64,000 nucleotides of DNA, from NCBI GenBank assembly GCA_040776985.1, contig JAXGZL010000003.1, forward strand, positions 54,970 through 118,969, written 5' to 3'. Shown here one piece after another: positions 1 through 10,223 of the stretch. The stretch is from Christensenellales bacterium (lineage in GTDB: Bacteria; Bacillota; Clostridia; Christensenellales; Aristaeellaceae). The first letter of the stretch is position 1. Each line of letters begins with the position of its first letter. Made by a program: the position numbers and the translations under genes. The notes below the pieces were generated by a model, which saw only the letters and a list, made by a program, of their open reading frames with translations, made no database searches and was not told the DNA's origin.

Positions 1-9
1 AGGGGCAGC

Positions 10-264
10 ATGAAAAAGACGGAGGAAGCTCCCTTTGAGACCATGGCCTCCCACTGGCCGGAGGCTGAGATGACGCCCCTGGGCAGGGCAGAGGAAAGAA
101 AAGGGGTGGAGCCTGCGCCACAGGCGCTGGCATCTGGCAGCGTTTTGCCCCAGCTGACCCGGAACAGCCTGGTTCAGGCGCTGGTCACCCATGAGATCCT
201 GACCCGTCCCCGCTCCGCCTGGCGGCGGAAGAGTCCTTACTTCAACCGACGGTCGGGCGCTTAG
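10..264 (+). CDS. hypothetical protein (may extend upstream of the window edge)
   Basis: Open frame with no stop back to base 1. It ends 37 nt before a strong GC hairpin plus T-run at 301-326. No recognisable motif. Confidence 0.3.
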   Translation: MKKTEEAPFETMASHWPEAEMTPLGRAEERKGVEPAPQALASGSVLPQLTRNSLVQALVTHEILTRPRSAWRRKSPYFNRRSGA

Positions 265-300
265 GGCCCTTCACAGATTCTGGAAACTGTGCAGTTATGC

Positions 301-326
301 CGCCGCGGCCTTGCCGCGGCGCTTTT
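301..326 (+). terminator. intrinsic terminator
   Basis: 9-bp GC stem CGCCGCGGC / GCCGCGGCG with a 3-nt loop, followed by cTTTT. Confidence 0.6.
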
Positions 327-427
327 GCGCCGCCCATTGACCGGCCGGTCAAAAAACGGCGTCATTCCCTTGAACTGACAAGGGGAACTGTGCTATGATA
401 CGGTGTATCATTTTATTAGGGGACACG

Positions 428-859
428 ATGATCAGAACGGGAAGGGTGCAGAAGAAGGAGCGAAACCTGCTGGAGGTCTGCTTTGAGCAGCATGAGCAGT
501 GCAGCAGTTGCGGCCTGTGCGGCCGCCAGGCAATGACCATGAGCATCAAAGGATCTGCCGAGGTAGGGGACTGGGTGGACGTGGAGCTGCCAGACGCCCA
601 GGTGCTGAAAGCCTCCATGCTGACCTACGCCGTTCCCCTGGTGGGGCTGATCCTGGGCCTGTGGCTGGGCTCTGAGTTCTTCCCCGGGCGCGAGGCCATG
701 TCCCTGCTGACAGCCTTGATCGGCGCGGTGATCTTTTTTGCCGGGGTCAGGCTGGTGGACCGGACGCTGCGGGAAAAGGCTGCCTGGCAGCCCCGGATCA
801 TCGCGGTTCGCCCGGCGGACAGCCAAGAGGCGGAAGCCGGGGTTCAATCAGAAGACTAA
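428..859 (+). CDS. RseC/MucC-family (SoxR-reducing system) membrane protein
   Basis: N-terminal CSSCGLCG cysteine cluster followed by two hydrophobic helices, the typical RseC layout. The second ATG (428) has GGGGA 5-6 nt upstream, so I prefer it to the ORF-track start at 395. Confidence 0.55.
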   Translation: MIRTGRVQKKERNLLEVCFEQHEQCSSCGLCGRQAMTMSIKGSAEVGDWVDVELPDAQVLKASMLTYAVPLVGLILGLWLGSEFFPGREAMSLLTALIGAVIFFAGVRLVDRTLREKAAWQPRIIAVRPADSQEAEAGVQSED

Positions 860-860
860 T

Positions 861-881
861 CCTGTCGCGAGGACAGGTTTT
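861..881 (+). terminator. intrinsic terminator
   Basis: CCTGTC-gcgag-GACAGG followed by TTTT, directly after the stop at 859. Confidence 0.55.
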
Positions 882-961
882 GACACGAAAAGTGATTAAG
901 CCAGCGTTCATCCTGTGCTCCCGTTGGGCATGGGACGCGCTGGTGGTATGTGGAGGTATCA

Positions 962-2626
962 GTGGCAACACAATCGAAACTGAAGATCATTCCCCTGGGC
1001 GGAATTGACGAAATTGGCAAGAACATCACAGTGTTTGAGTATGAGGACGACATCATCGTCATGGACTGCGGGTCCATCTTCCCCAAGGAGGACATGCTGG
1101 GCATTGACCTGGTGATCCCGGACATCAGCTATCTGATCGCCAACCGGGAGCGGGTGCGGGGCTTTGTGTTCACCCACGGGCATGAGGACCACATCGGCGC
1201 CACGCCCTATGTGCTGGACAAGATCAGGGCGCCGATCTATGGCTCCAAGCTGACCCTGGCGCTGATTGCCAACAAGCTGAAGGAGCACCGCATAGGCCAT
1301 GTGGTGATGAACGCGGTGGAGCCCCGGCAGACCATCAAACTGGGCAAGTTCTCCGTGCAGTTCATCAAGGTGAACCACTCCATCGCCGGCGCCTATGCCC
1401 TGGCCATCACCAGCCCGGCCGGAACGGTGCTAGCCACCGGTGACTTCAAGATTGACTACACCCCGGTGGACGGGCAGGTGACCGACCTGGCCACCCTGGC
1501 CGCCATCGGCGAAAAGGGCGCGTTGGCCCTGCTGGCAGACAGCACCAATGTGGAGCGGGAAGGCCATACCATGAGCGAGCGCAAGGTGGCGGAGACCTTC
1601 CACCAGCAGATCGCCAGCGCCCAGGGGCGGGTGATCATCGCCATGTTCGCCAGCAACATCCACCGGGTGCAGCAGGTGGTGGACTGCGCGATCAGCTATG
1701 GCCGAAAGGTCTGCTTCATCGGCCGCAGCATGATCAATGTGTCCACCCTGGCGATGGAGCTGGGCTATCTGGTGATCCCCCGGGAAAACCTGCTGGAGAT
1801 CGACGACCTGGACCGCTACCGGGATGACCAGATCCTGGTTTTGACCACGGGGAGCCAGGGGGAGCCCATGAGCGGGCTGACCCGGATGGCCTTTGCGGAG
1901 CACCGCCGGATGCAGATCAAGCAGTCCGACAAGGTGATCATCTCCGCCACCCCCATTCCCGGGAACGAGATTTTTGTGTCCCGGGTGATCAACCAGCTCT
2001 ACCGCTGCGGGGCCGAGGTGATCTACGAGGCGTTGGCCGAGGTGCATGTCTCCGGACATGCCCGCAAGGAAGAGCTGAAACTGATGCAGGCCCTGGTGCG
2101 TCCCAAGTATTTTATCCCGGTGCACGGCGAATACCGGATGCTTTGGCAGCATGCGGAGCTGGCGGAGTCCATGGGCGTGCTGCGGGAGAACATCGTCCTG
2201 CCGGAGACCGGGCAGATCATCGAAATGAACCAGGACAGCCTGTCCATTTCCGGTGTGGTGCCCACCGGCACCGTGCTGATTGACGGCCTGGGCATTGGGG
2301 ACGTGGGCAATGTGGTGCTGCGCGACCGCAAGCATTTAAGCCAGGAAGGCCTGATCATTGTGGCCATGGCCTTTGACCGGACCCACGGCGCCCTGATCTC
2401 TGGGCCTGACATCATCTCCCGCGGCTTTGTCTATGTCAGGGAGAACGAGGACATCATCGAGGGCGCCCGGGAAGTGGTGCGCAAGATCATTGACTCCTAC
2501 GAGCAGATAGACGGCAGCGACTGGCCCACCATCAAGAACCGCATCAAGGATGACCTGCGCCGCTACCTCAGCGAAAAGATCAAGCGCAATCCCATGATCC
2601 TGCCCGTGATTGTGGACCTGGGATAA
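962..2626 (+). CDS. rnj: ribonuclease J
   Basis: Metallo-beta-lactamase HGHEDHIG motif, KLKIIPLGG N-terminus, ~555 aa RNase J architecture. GTG at 962 follows GGAGG; the ORF track starts at 950. Confidence 0.9.
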   Translation: MATQSKLKIIPLGGIDEIGKNITVFEYEDDIIVMDCGSIFPKEDMLGIDLVIPDISYLIANRERVRGFVFTHGHEDHIGATPYVLDKIRAPIYGSKLTLALIANKLKEHRIGHVVMNAVEPRQTIKLGKFSVQFIKVNHSIAGAYALAITSPAGTVLATGDFKIDYTPVDGQVTDLATLAAIGEKGALALLADSTNVEREGHTMSERKVAETFHQQIASAQGRVIIAMFASNIHRVQQVVDCAISYGRKVCFIGRSMINVSTLAMELGYLVIPRENLLEIDDLDRYRDDQILVLTTGSQGEPMSGLTRMAFAEHRRMQIKQSDKVIISATPIPGNEIFVSRVINQLYRCGAEVIYEALAEVHVSGHARKEELKLMQALVRPKYFIPVHGEYRMLWQHAELAESMGVLRENIVLPETGQIIEMNQDSLSISGVVPTGTVLIDGLGIGDVGNVVLRDRKHLSQEGLIIVAMAFDRTHGALISGPDIISRGFVYVRENEDIIEGAREVVRKIIDSYEQIDGSDWPTIKNRIKDDLRRYLSEKIKRNPMILPVIVDLG

Positions 2627-2637
2627 GGCGGGCTGCC

Positions 2638-2985
2638 ATGAACTATGACGCGGTCCGTGCCCTGGAAAGGGCGATTCATGAATCAGAAGAGGCCCGGGAG
2701 TATAAAAGGCTGAAAGCCCTGGTGGAGGAAAGCGAAACCACAAGGGCGCTGCTGAAGGAGCTGCGGCGGCTGCAGATCCTGGTGCAGATGTCCACCGTCT
2801 CCGGGCAGGCGGTGCCGGAGGGGGAAATGCAGCGCTTTCAGCAGATTTCCTCCCTTCTTTATGCGGGCACCGACACCTCCCAGTTTTTGCTGGCGGAAAT
2901 GCGCCTGCAGCAGATGATGGCGGACATTTACAGCGCCATCAACCGGGCCTCCGGACTTTCCCTGGAGCTGCCCGGGCTTAGCTGA
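2638..2985 (+). CDS. YlbF/YmcA-family regulatory protein
   Basis: ~115 aa all-helical protein. Its position next to rnj and its sequence pattern resemble the YlbF/YmcA family. Family call is from memory. Confidence 0.5.
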   Translation: MNYDAVRALERAIHESEEAREYKRLKALVEESETTRALLKELRRLQILVQMSTVSGQAVPEGEMQRFQQISSLLYAGTDTSQFLLAEMRLQQMMADIYSAINRASGLSLELPGLS

Positions 2986-3001
2986 GGAATCACACGAAAA
3001 C

Positions 3002-4183
3002 ATGAGCCATCACGAAGAATACACCCCAGAAAAGCTGGTGGAGGAAAGGGAATACGGCCTCTACTGGTATAGTTGGCTGTGGACGCTGTTGCGGCCGGTG
3101 CTGGTGTTTGCCTGCTCCATTTTGCTGCTGGTGGGCGTTATTACCTTTGCCTGGGGCAAGTTCGCCGGGGTGATGATTGACCCGGTGAACCCGCAAGACA
3201 AAACGCCCATCACCTTTGAGATCAAGAGTGGGGAAAGCCTGACGCGGGTGGCCAACAACCTGCAGGGGCAAAACCTGATCAGGAACCGCTCGGTGTTCAA
3301 GTACTACGCGGACTTTATGGGCTTTGGGCAGAAGATTCAGGCGGGCAGCTACACCCTTGACCGGGGGATGACCATCTTCCAGATCGCGGAGCAGCTGACC
3401 CGGGGGGATGGCAAGCCCATCGTGCGCAACATCACCATCATCCCGGGCTGGACGGTGGAGGGGATCGCAGACTATCTGGTCAAGGAGAACATCATCAGGG
3501 ACCGGGAGGCTTTCCTGGCCCTTTGCAGGACCGGGCAGCAGTTTGCCGACTATTACTATGTGAACGACCTGCTGGCCTCCGGCACCGTGCCCCAGCGCAA
3601 GTATGCCCTGGAAGGCTATCTGGCCCCCAACACCTATGAGATCTACACCGACGCCAAGGCGGAGGACATTGTGAAAAAACTGCTCTCCCAGACCGGCGCC
3701 ATGTACAAGGAGGGCTACCAGACCCGGGCGGAGGAACTGGGCATGACCATGGACCAGGTGCTGACCCTGGCCTCCATCATCGAAAAAGAGGCCAAGACGG
3801 ATGATTTTGCCCGGGTGTCCGCCATTTTCCACAGCCGGCTGAAGCAGAAGATGCTGCTGGGCAGCGACGTGACGGTGAAGTATGTCTCCGGCTCCACCAA
3901 GATGGCTTTGAGCGGCAGTGACCTGGCGGTGGACTCGCCTTACAATACCTATAAGCGTCAGGGGCTGCCCATTGGGCCCATCTGCGGGCCGTCGCCCAGG
4001 GCGGTGCAGGCGGCACTCTACCCGGATGAAGGCTTCATGGCGGAGGGTTATCTGTACTTCTGCTCCAAGGACCCGGATACCGGGGAGCTGTATTTCTCCA
4101 AAACCCTGGCGGAGCACGAGCAGGCTGTGCGGGTGTATGCCCCCCTCTGGGAGGCCTATGACAAGCGCACCGGGGCCCAATGA
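3002..4183 (+). CDS. mltG: endolytic murein transglycosylase MltG (YceG-like)
   Basis: N-terminal TM helix, YceG-type domain, conserved SPYNTYKRQGLPIGPICGP region. Confidence 0.85.
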   Translation: MSHHEEYTPEKLVEEREYGLYWYSWLWTLLRPVLVFACSILLLVGVITFAWGKFAGVMIDPVNPQDKTPITFEIKSGESLTRVANNLQGQNLIRNRSVFKYYADFMGFGQKIQAGSYTLDRGMTIFQIAEQLTRGDGKPIVRNITIIPGWTVEGIADYLVKENIIRDREAFLALCRTGQQFADYYYVNDLLASGTVPQRKYALEGYLAPNTYEIYTDAKAEDIVKKLLSQTGAMYKEGYQTRAEELGMTMDQVLTLASIIEKEAKTDDFARVSAIFHSRLKQKMLLGSDVTVKYVSGSTKMALSGSDLAVDSPYNTYKRQGLPIGPICGPSPRAVQAALYPDEGFMAEGYLYFCSKDPDTGELYFSKTLAEHEQAVRVYAPLWEAYDKRTGAQ

Positions 4184-5049
4184 TGGAGAGAAAGCATCAG
4201 CTGATCTTTGGCCCTGGCGGCAACTCGGACTCCTTCTACGCGGCGGGCTTCAAGCGCACGGTGGATACCTTCGCCTGGCAGCGCCGGTTTGGCCTCATGG
4301 CCTTTGAATATTCCTTTGGCCGGGGCATCCGCCTGTCAAGCGCCGCCGCCCGGGAGATCGGGGACGCCGCCAGGGAGGCCGGGGTCGCGGTCAGCGTCCA
4401 CGCGCCCTACTATATCAACCTGGCCAGCGACCTGCCGGAAAACCAGGTGAAAAGCCGGAACTATATCCTTGACAGCGCCCGGATGCTGACCCTGATGGGC
4501 GGCAGCCGCCTGGTGGTGCACCCCGGCTCTCCCCAGAAACAGCGCCGGGAGGATGCCCTCAAAAGATGCCGGGAGGCGCTTGTTGAGGTCCGGGAAGCCA
4601 TGGTGGCGGAGGGGCAGGCGGGGGTTTCCCTTTGCCTGGAGACCATGGGCCGGCCCAGCCAGATTGGCAGCCTGGAGGAGATCATTGACTTTGTTCAGCT
4701 TGATCCCTCCTTCCTGCCCTGCGTTGACTTTGCCCATCTGCACGCGGCCTCCGGCGGCAGCCTAAAGAACGAGGCGAATTTTGAAGTGGTCCTTGACCGG
4801 CTGGAAGAGGGGCTGGGGCTGGAACGGGTCAGAAACATGCATGTGCATTTTTCCAAGATTGAGTACGGCCCCAAAGGAGAGCTGCGGCACCGCATTTTCG
4901 CGGACGAGGGCTTTGGCCCTGATTTTGCCCACCTGGCGGGGCATTTGGTGGCGCGCGGCTATGCCGCCACCATCATCTGCGAGAGCAGGGGCACCATGGC
5001 GGAGGACGCGGCGGAGATGCTTCGGATAGCGGATGCGATCAAAGCATAG
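4180..5049 (+). CDS. TIM-barrel protein, endonuclease IV / xylose-isomerase-like family
   Basis: AP endonuclease family 2-like pattern (SVHAPYYINL, LVVHPGS, VHFSKIEY). ATGA overlap with mltG. Confidence 0.6.
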   Translation: MMERKHQLIFGPGGNSDSFYAAGFKRTVDTFAWQRRFGLMAFEYSFGRGIRLSSAAAREIGDAAREAGVAVSVHAPYYINLASDLPENQVKSRNYILDSARMLTLMGGSRLVVHPGSPQKQRREDALKRCREALVEVREAMVAEGQAGVSLCLETMGRPSQIGSLEEIIDFVQLDPSFLPCVDFAHLHAASGGSLKNEANFEVVLDRLEEGLGLERVRNMHVHFSKIEYGPKGELRHRIFADEGFGPDFAHLAGHLVARGYAATIICESRGTMAEDAAEMLRIADAIKA

Positions 5050-5111
5050 CCAGACGCGGTTTGTTGTGATAAAATACCAACTGTGCCATTTTGGGCACCT
5101 GGAGGAAGCAG

Positions 5112-6179
5112 ATGAACAGGGTTGACCGGCTGATTGAACTGTGCGGGCTTGGGGAGAAGCAGGGGATCGTCATCCACCGCCCGTCCAATATGTTTTACCT
5201 GAGCGGCTACACCGGGGAAGGCTTGCTGGTATTGTCCCGGGGCGTCCGCGCCATTGTGACGGACTTCCGCTATGTGGAGCAGGCCCAGCAGCAGGCGCCG
5301 GGATTTGGCGTCCATCAGATTTCAAACACGGTGAGCCATGCCCATTTGGCCGCCAACCTGATCAAGGGGGCCAACATCACCGAGGTCCTGTATGAGGATG
5401 ACTTTGTCACCGTCAAGGATAGCGGCAAGCTGCAGGAGGCCCTGGGCGATGTGAAGCTCTTGCCCCTTGACAACAGGCCGGAGAAACTCCGCGAGGTGAA
5501 GGACCAGCAGGAAGTGGTCCTGATTGAGAAGGCATGCCAGATTTCCTGTCAGGCCTTTGACTATATCCTGACCCGGATCAAGCCCGGCATGACGGAAAAG
5601 CAGATCCGCCTGCTGCTGGACTACCGGATGCTGGAACTGGGCGCTGATGCCCATGCCTTCAGCACCATCGTGGCCTCCGGGCCCAATGGCTCCCTGCCCC
5701 ACGCCATCCCGGGGGAGCGGGAGATTGCCAAAGGGGACATGATCACCCTGGACTTTGGCGCCAAGTATGGCGGCTACTGCGCGGACATGACCCGGACTGT
5801 GGCGGTGGGCCAGCCGGATCCCCGGATGAAGGAGGTTTATAACATCGTCCTCCATGCCCAGAAAACCTGCCAGGAAGCGGTGGCCCCCGGCAAGATCTGC
5901 CGGGATGTGGATGCCATTGCCCGCCACATCATCGGCGACGCGGGCTATGGCGAGCGCTTTGGGCACGGCCTGGGGCACGCGGTGGGCATTGACATCCATG
6001 AGAACCCGCGCCTCAGCCCCAACTGCGGGGATACGCTGCTTCCGGGGCATGTGGTGACAGTGGAGCCAGGCATCTATGTGCCGGGCCTGGGCGGGGTGCG
6101 GATTGAGAACTCCTGCCTGGTGACGGAGCAGGGCGCCCGCTCCCTGGTGAGCGCGGACCGGGAACTGATAATTCTGTAA
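5112..6179 (+). CDS. M24-family Xaa-Pro aminopeptidase
   Basis: Creatinase-like N-domain plus M24 metal ligands ([31 protein letters not shown]). ATG at 5112 follows GGAGG. Confidence 0.85.
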   Translation: MNRVDRLIELCGLGEKQGIVIHRPSNMFYLSGYTGEGLLVLSRGVRAIVTDFRYVEQAQQQAPGFGVHQISNTVSHAHLAANLIKGANITEVLYEDDFVTVKDSGKLQEALGDVKLLPLDNRPEKLREVKDQQEVVLIEKACQISCQAFDYILTRIKPGMTEKQIRLLLDYRMLELGADAHAFSTIVASGPNGSLPHAIPGEREIAKGDMITLDFGAKYGGYCADMTRTVAVGQPDPRMKEVYNIVLHAQKTCQEAVAPGKICRDVDAIARHIIGDAGYGERFGHGLGHAVGIDIHENPRLSPNCGDTLLPGHVVTVEPGIYVPGLGGVRIENSCLVTEQGARSLVSADRELIIL

Positions 6180-6211
6180 CAAACACAAGGGAAGAAAGTG
6201 GAGGGGATAGC

Positions 6212-6769
6212 ATGATCACAGCGGGCGATTTCAGAAAAGGCATTACCATCGAATGGGATGGCGGCGTATGGAACATTGTGGACTTCCAGCATGTGAAGCC
6301 GGGCAAAGGGGCAGCCTTTGTGCGCACCAAGATCAAGAACGTGATGACCGGCACCGTGGTGGAGCGCACCTTCAACCCCACCGACAAGATGCCCCGGGCC
6401 ATCATCGAGTCCAAGGACATGCAGTATCTGTACAATGACGGCAGCCTGTACTATTTCATGGACCCGGACACCTTCGAGCAGATGCCCCTCAACCAGGATC
6501 AGGTGGAGGAAGCGGTGCAGTTCGTGAAGGAAAACACCAATGTCACCATCAAGTTTTTCAAAGGCACCGCCTTCTCGGTGGAGGCCCCCAACTTTGTGGA
6601 CCTGGAGATCACCGAGACCGAGCCCGGCTTCAAAGGGGACACCACCTCCAACACCTACAAACCCGCCACCACCGAAACCGGCTACACCCTGATGGTGCCG
6701 CTGTTTATCAACATCGGGGACGTCATCAAGATTGACACCCGCACCGGTGAGTATCTGTCCAGGGCTTAA
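6212..6769 (+). CDS. efp: translation elongation factor P
   Basis: 185 aa with the [12 protein letters not shown] loop diagnostic of EF-P. Confidence 0.95.
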   Translation: MITAGDFRKGITIEWDGGVWNIVDFQHVKPGKGAAFVRTKIKNVMTGTVVERTFNPTDKMPRAIIESKDMQYLYNDGSLYYFMDPDTFEQMPLNQDQVEEAVQFVKENTNVTIKFFKGTAFSVEAPNFVDLEITETEPGFKGDTTSNTYKPATTETGYTLMVPLFINIGDVIKIDTRTGEYLSRA

Positions 6770-6793
6770 GCCTGATTTTGAAAGGAGAGCGCG

Positions 6794-7249
6794 ATGAGCG
6801 AGCTGTCTAAGAAAGTGGAGTTTTTAAAGGGCCTTGCTGAGGGGATGAACCTGAAGGAGGACAAGCAGGAGCACAAGCTGATGCTCAAAATGCTGGAAAC
6901 GCTGGATGCCTTCGCCAAGGAGCTGGAGGAGATGCAGATGCAGCTGGATGACCTGGACGAGTTTGTGGACGACCTGGACGAGGACGTGGCGGAATTGGAA
7001 GACGCCGTGTTTGAGGACGGGGACCTGGAGGACGAGGAAGGCTGCCATGGCTGCGGCCAGCGCTGGGAACAGGACGGCGAAGCGGTGGTGGAGTACGAAT
7101 GCCCCAACTGCGGCTATGAAACCCGGTTTGACATCGCTGACTTTGACTTTGAAGAGGATTACCTCTGCCCCCAGTGCCACCAGCCCTTCTTCCCGGAGCA
7201 TGAGGATGAGGACGAGGAAGAGGACAAGCACGAGGACAACCAGGGCTGA
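6794..7249 (+). CDS. acidic zinc-ribbon protein (CD1247 N-terminal-domain-like)
   Basis: Very D/E-rich, with CHGC...CPNC...CPQC cysteine pairs. Function unknown. Confidence 0.5.
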   Translation: MSELSKKVEFLKGLAEGMNLKEDKQEHKLMLKMLETLDAFAKELEEMQMQLDDLDEFVDDLDEDVAELEDAVFEDGDLEDEEGCHGCGQRWEQDGEAVVEYECPNCGYETRFDIADFDFEEDYLCPQCHQPFFPEHEDEDEEEDKHEDNQG

Positions 7250-7325
7250 GGCCAAAGGAAACAACAAGGGTTTTGCTGTGCGCAACCGCGCATAGCAGCC
7301 CTTTTGTCATGGAGGAAGTATTCAG

Positions 7326-8702
7326 GTGAACATCACAGGCGGCGCCAGCGGCAGGCGGCGTCCCATGAACCCGGCCACCATCCTGGTGCTGGGTTTTCTG
7401 GTCATCATCCTGGTGGGCACGGGCCTTCTGATGCTGCCTTTTGCGGCGGAGGAAGGGGTGGTGATCAGCCCTTTTCAGGCGCTGTTCACGGCCACCAGCG
7501 CCACCTGTGTGACGGGCCTGATGGTGGTGGACGCCGCGGCCGCCTTTTCCCTGTTTGGTGAAATCGTTATCCTCTGCCTGATCCAGTTGGGGGGCCTGGG
7601 CTTCATGCTTTTTGCCACCTCCCTGCTGGTGTTGAGCGGCAAGCGCATCTCCCTGCGCAACCGGGTTTTGCTGCATGAGACCATGAGCATGCCGGGGCTG
7701 TCCGGCATTGTGCGCAACACCCTGCGCTTTGTGCTGATTGTCTTTGGGGTGGAGTTTGTGGGCGCGGTGCTCCTGGCCATCCACTTTGTGCCCCGACTGG
7801 GGGCGGCCCAGGGGGCCTATTTCGCGGTCTTCCATGCCATCAGCGCCTTTTGCAACGCCGGCATTGACCTGTTTGGAACGGCCGGCAGCCTGAGCACCTT
7901 TGTGGATGACCCCCTGGTGCTGCTGACCATCGCCGCCCTTTTGATCCTGGGCGGGCTGGGCTTTGCGGTATTGGCCAATGTACTGGAGGCGGGGCGGCAC
8001 AAAAAGCGCCTGGCCCTGCACAGCAAGATCGTGCTGTCCACCACCGGCTTTCTGATTCTTTTTGCCACGCTGTATTTTGCGTTGGCGGAGTGGAACAACC
8101 CGGCCACCCTGGCCGCCTCCGGCGCCACCACCCAATCCAGGCTGCTCAACGCCTTTTTTCAGGCGGTGACGCCCAGGACAGCCGGCTTTTATTCCCTGGC
8201 GCAAAACGGGCTCCATGACGCCAGCAAGGCGGTCACCATCCTGCTGATGCTGGTGGGCGCGTCCCCGGCCTCCACCGGCGGCGGCGTGAAAACCACCACC
8301 CTGTTTGTGCTGTTTGCCATTATCAGAAGCGTTCTTTCGGGGCGGGATGATGTAAACGCCTTCAAGAAGCGTCTGCCCCTGGTGCTGATCCGAACGGCGC
8401 TGAGCATTTTCATGCTCTATCTTTTGCTGCTGTTTGCGGGCAGTGTGCTGATGGGGCTCCTGGAACAACCCCGGGGCTTTGCTATGATTGACCTGGTGTT
8501 TGAGGAGGCTTCCGCCCTGGGCACGGTGGGGCTGAGCGCTGCCGGCACGCAGATGCTGACCCTGCCCAGCCAGATGTGGCTGACATTGCTGATGTTTGTG
8601 GGCCGTGTGGGGCCCCTCACCATGATGCTGAGCATCACCCTGCGCCAGATGGGGCAGAAGTCCATGGCCAGGTACCCGGAGGACGAGATCATCGTCGGTT
8701 GA
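7326..8702 (+). CDS. trkH: TrkH/KtrB-family potassium transporter membrane subunit
   Basis: Polytopic membrane protein with repeated pore-loop segments (TATCVTGL, CNAGI, TAGF, GTVGLS). GTG start after GGAGGA. Confidence 0.85.
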   Translation: MNITGGASGRRRPMNPATILVLGFLVIILVGTGLLMLPFAAEEGVVISPFQALFTATSATCVTGLMVVDAAAAFSLFGEIVILCLIQLGGLGFMLFATSLLVLSGKRISLRNRVLLHETMSMPGLSGIVRNTLRFVLIVFGVEFVGAVLLAIHFVPRLGAAQGAYFAVFHAISAFCNAGIDLFGTAGSLSTFVDDPLVLLTIAALLILGGLGFAVLANVLEAGRHKKRLALHSKIVLSTTGFLILFATLYFALAEWNNPATLAASGATTQSRLLNAFFQAVTPRTAGFYSLAQNGLHDASKAVTILLMLVGASPASTGGGVKTTTLFVLFAIIRSVLSGRDDVNAFKKRLPLVLIRTALSIFMLYLLLLFAGSVLMGLLEQPRGFAMIDLVFEEASALGTVGLSAAGTQMLTLPSQMWLTLLMFVGRVGPLTMMLSITLRQMGQKSMARYPEDEIIVG

Positions 8703-8720
8703 CGCTGAAGGAGATTAAAA

Positions 8721-9380
8721 ATGGCTGACAGAAAGCAGTATCTGGTGTTTGGGGTGGGGCGCTTCGGCTCTGCCCTGGCCCGCACCTTGTGTGAACTGGG
8801 GCATGAGGTGCTGGCGGTGGACTCGGACGAGCGCCGGGTGGCCGCCATCGCGCCCCATGTGACCAACGCCATTCAGGTGGACGTGATGGATGAGGAGGGG
8901 ATGAAATCCCTGGGCATCCGCAACTTTGACGCGGTGGTGGTGGCCATTGGAGACGACCTGCAGCATTCCATCATGACCTGCATCATCTGCAAGGAACTGG
9001 GCGCCCGGTACATCCTGGGCAAGGCCACGGATGAGATGCATGCCAAGGTGCTGCGCAAGCTGGGCGTGGACCGGGTGGTGTTTCCGGAGCGGGACATGGG
9101 CATCCGGGTGGCCCACAGCCTGATCAGCCCCCACACCCTGGACGTGATCAACCTGGACGCGGACCTGACCCTGGTGCACCTCACCTGTCCCAAGGCCTGG
9201 GTGGGCAAGTCTGTCCGAGAAGCGGACATCAGGCGCAAATACAGGGTGAGCGTGCTGGCGGTCTACCATGAGGGAAGCGTGAGCATGGACATGGTGTCTG
9301 AGGACAAGCTGCGTGAGGACGACAAGCTGCTGATCATGGGCCACCACAGGGACGTGGAGGCGGTGGAAGCCTTAGACTAG
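8721..9380 (+). CDS. trkA: TrkA/KtrA potassium uptake NAD-binding subunit
   Basis: RCK N-domain Rossmann motif GVGRFGSALA plus a C-terminal RCK_C domain. Adjacent to trkH. Confidence 0.85.
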   Translation: MADRKQYLVFGVGRFGSALARTLCELGHEVLAVDSDERRVAAIAPHVTNAIQVDVMDEEGMKSLGIRNFDAVVVAIGDDLQHSIMTCIICKELGARYILGKATDEMHAKVLRKLGVDRVVFPERDMGIRVAHSLISPHTLDVINLDADLTLVHLTCPKAWVGKSVREADIRRKYRVSVLAVYHEGSVSMDMVSEDKLREDDKLLIMGHHRDVEAVEALD

Positions 9381-9527
9381 AATAATAGTGTAGTTTAGCA
9401 CTTTTTCAGTACCCCAATGCCCAAACTATGAATGATTTATTGCGAAAGCCTTGCTTTTCTTGGCTTAGATGTTGTAATATATGAACAAATAATGTTTGTT
9501 ATGGTTTGCAGGAAAGGATGACTCACC

Positions 9528-10223
9528 ATGGCCAAGCGGATCCTTCTGGTGGATGATGAACCCATTCTTATCAAAGGTTTGAAGTATACCCTGGAGAAGG
9601 ATGGCTATGAAACGCTGGTGGCCTATGACGGCGAGGAAGCGCTGGCCCAGTTCCGGGACAACGAGGTGGACTTGATCCTGCTGGACGTGATGCTGCCCAA
9701 GATTGACGGCATCGCCGTGTGCCAGAGAATCCGCGAGCAGAGCAACGTGCCCATCATCATGCTCACCGCCAAGGGCGAGGACATGGACAAGATCCTGGGC
9801 CTGGAATACGGCGCGGATGACTATATGACCAAGCCCTTCAACATCCTGGAGGTCAAGGCCAGGATCAAGACCATCCTGCGCCGTGCGGCGCAAAACACTG
9901 CCCCTGAGGACAACAAGGTGATCAAGGTGCGGGACCTGGTGGTCAATACCGTCAACCGCTCCGTGCAGCTCAGCGACAAGGACATCCGCCTGACCGCCAA
10001 GGAGTTTGACCTGCTGAACCTGTTCATCACCAACCGGGGCCGCGTGTTCAGCCGGGAGGAGATGCTGGACGCGGTCTGGAAGAGCGACTATGCCGGGGAT
10101 GAGCGGACGGTGGACGTCCACATCCGCCGCCTGCGGGAAAAGGTGGAGCGCAACCCCACCCAGCCGGAGTTCATCTTCACCAAGTGGGGGGTAGGTTACT
10201 ATTTTACTGACCGGGATGAGTAA
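9528..10223 (+). CDS. OmpR-family response regulator
   Basis: Receiver domain (LLVDDEP, DLILLDVMLP, LTAKG) plus a winged-helix output (TVDVHIRRLREKV). Confidence 0.9.
   Translation: MAKRILLVDDEPILIKGLKYTLEKDGYETLVAYDGEEALAQFRDNEVDLILLDVMLPKIDGIAVCQRIREQSNVPIIMLTAKGEDMDKILGLEYGADDYMTKPFNILEVKARIKTILRRAAQNTAPEDNKVIKVRDLVVNTVNRSVQLSDKDIRLTAKEFDLLNLFITNRGRVFSREEMLDAVWKSDYAGDERTVDVHIRRLREKVERNPTQPEFIFTKWGVGYYFTDRDE

Noticed and set aside
7250-7325. Possible c-di-AMP riboswitch upstream of trkH/trkA, as seen for ktr genes in Bacillus.
   Set aside because: The gap is only 76 nt. It is accounted for by an imperfect terminator hairpin of the upstream gene plus the RBS.
6885-8468. 527-aa ORF antisense to the zinc-ribbon gene and trkH. 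Similar long shadow ORFs occur at 1430-2335(-), 2990-4180(-), 5322-6188(-), 27007-28680(+), 34195-35514(-), 42881-43978(-), 48054-49145(-) and 59165-60400(-).
   Set aside because: Their compositions are rich in Arg, Gly, Pro, Ala and His with no motifs. Each lies exactly opposite a gene with clear family signatures. Such ORFs are the expected by-product of >60% GC coding sequence.
9400-9415. TTAGCACT, a CIRCE half-site, in the AT-rich region upstream of the response-regulator gene.
   Set aside because: There is no matching GAGTGCTAA half 9 nt away, so this is a chance occurrence.
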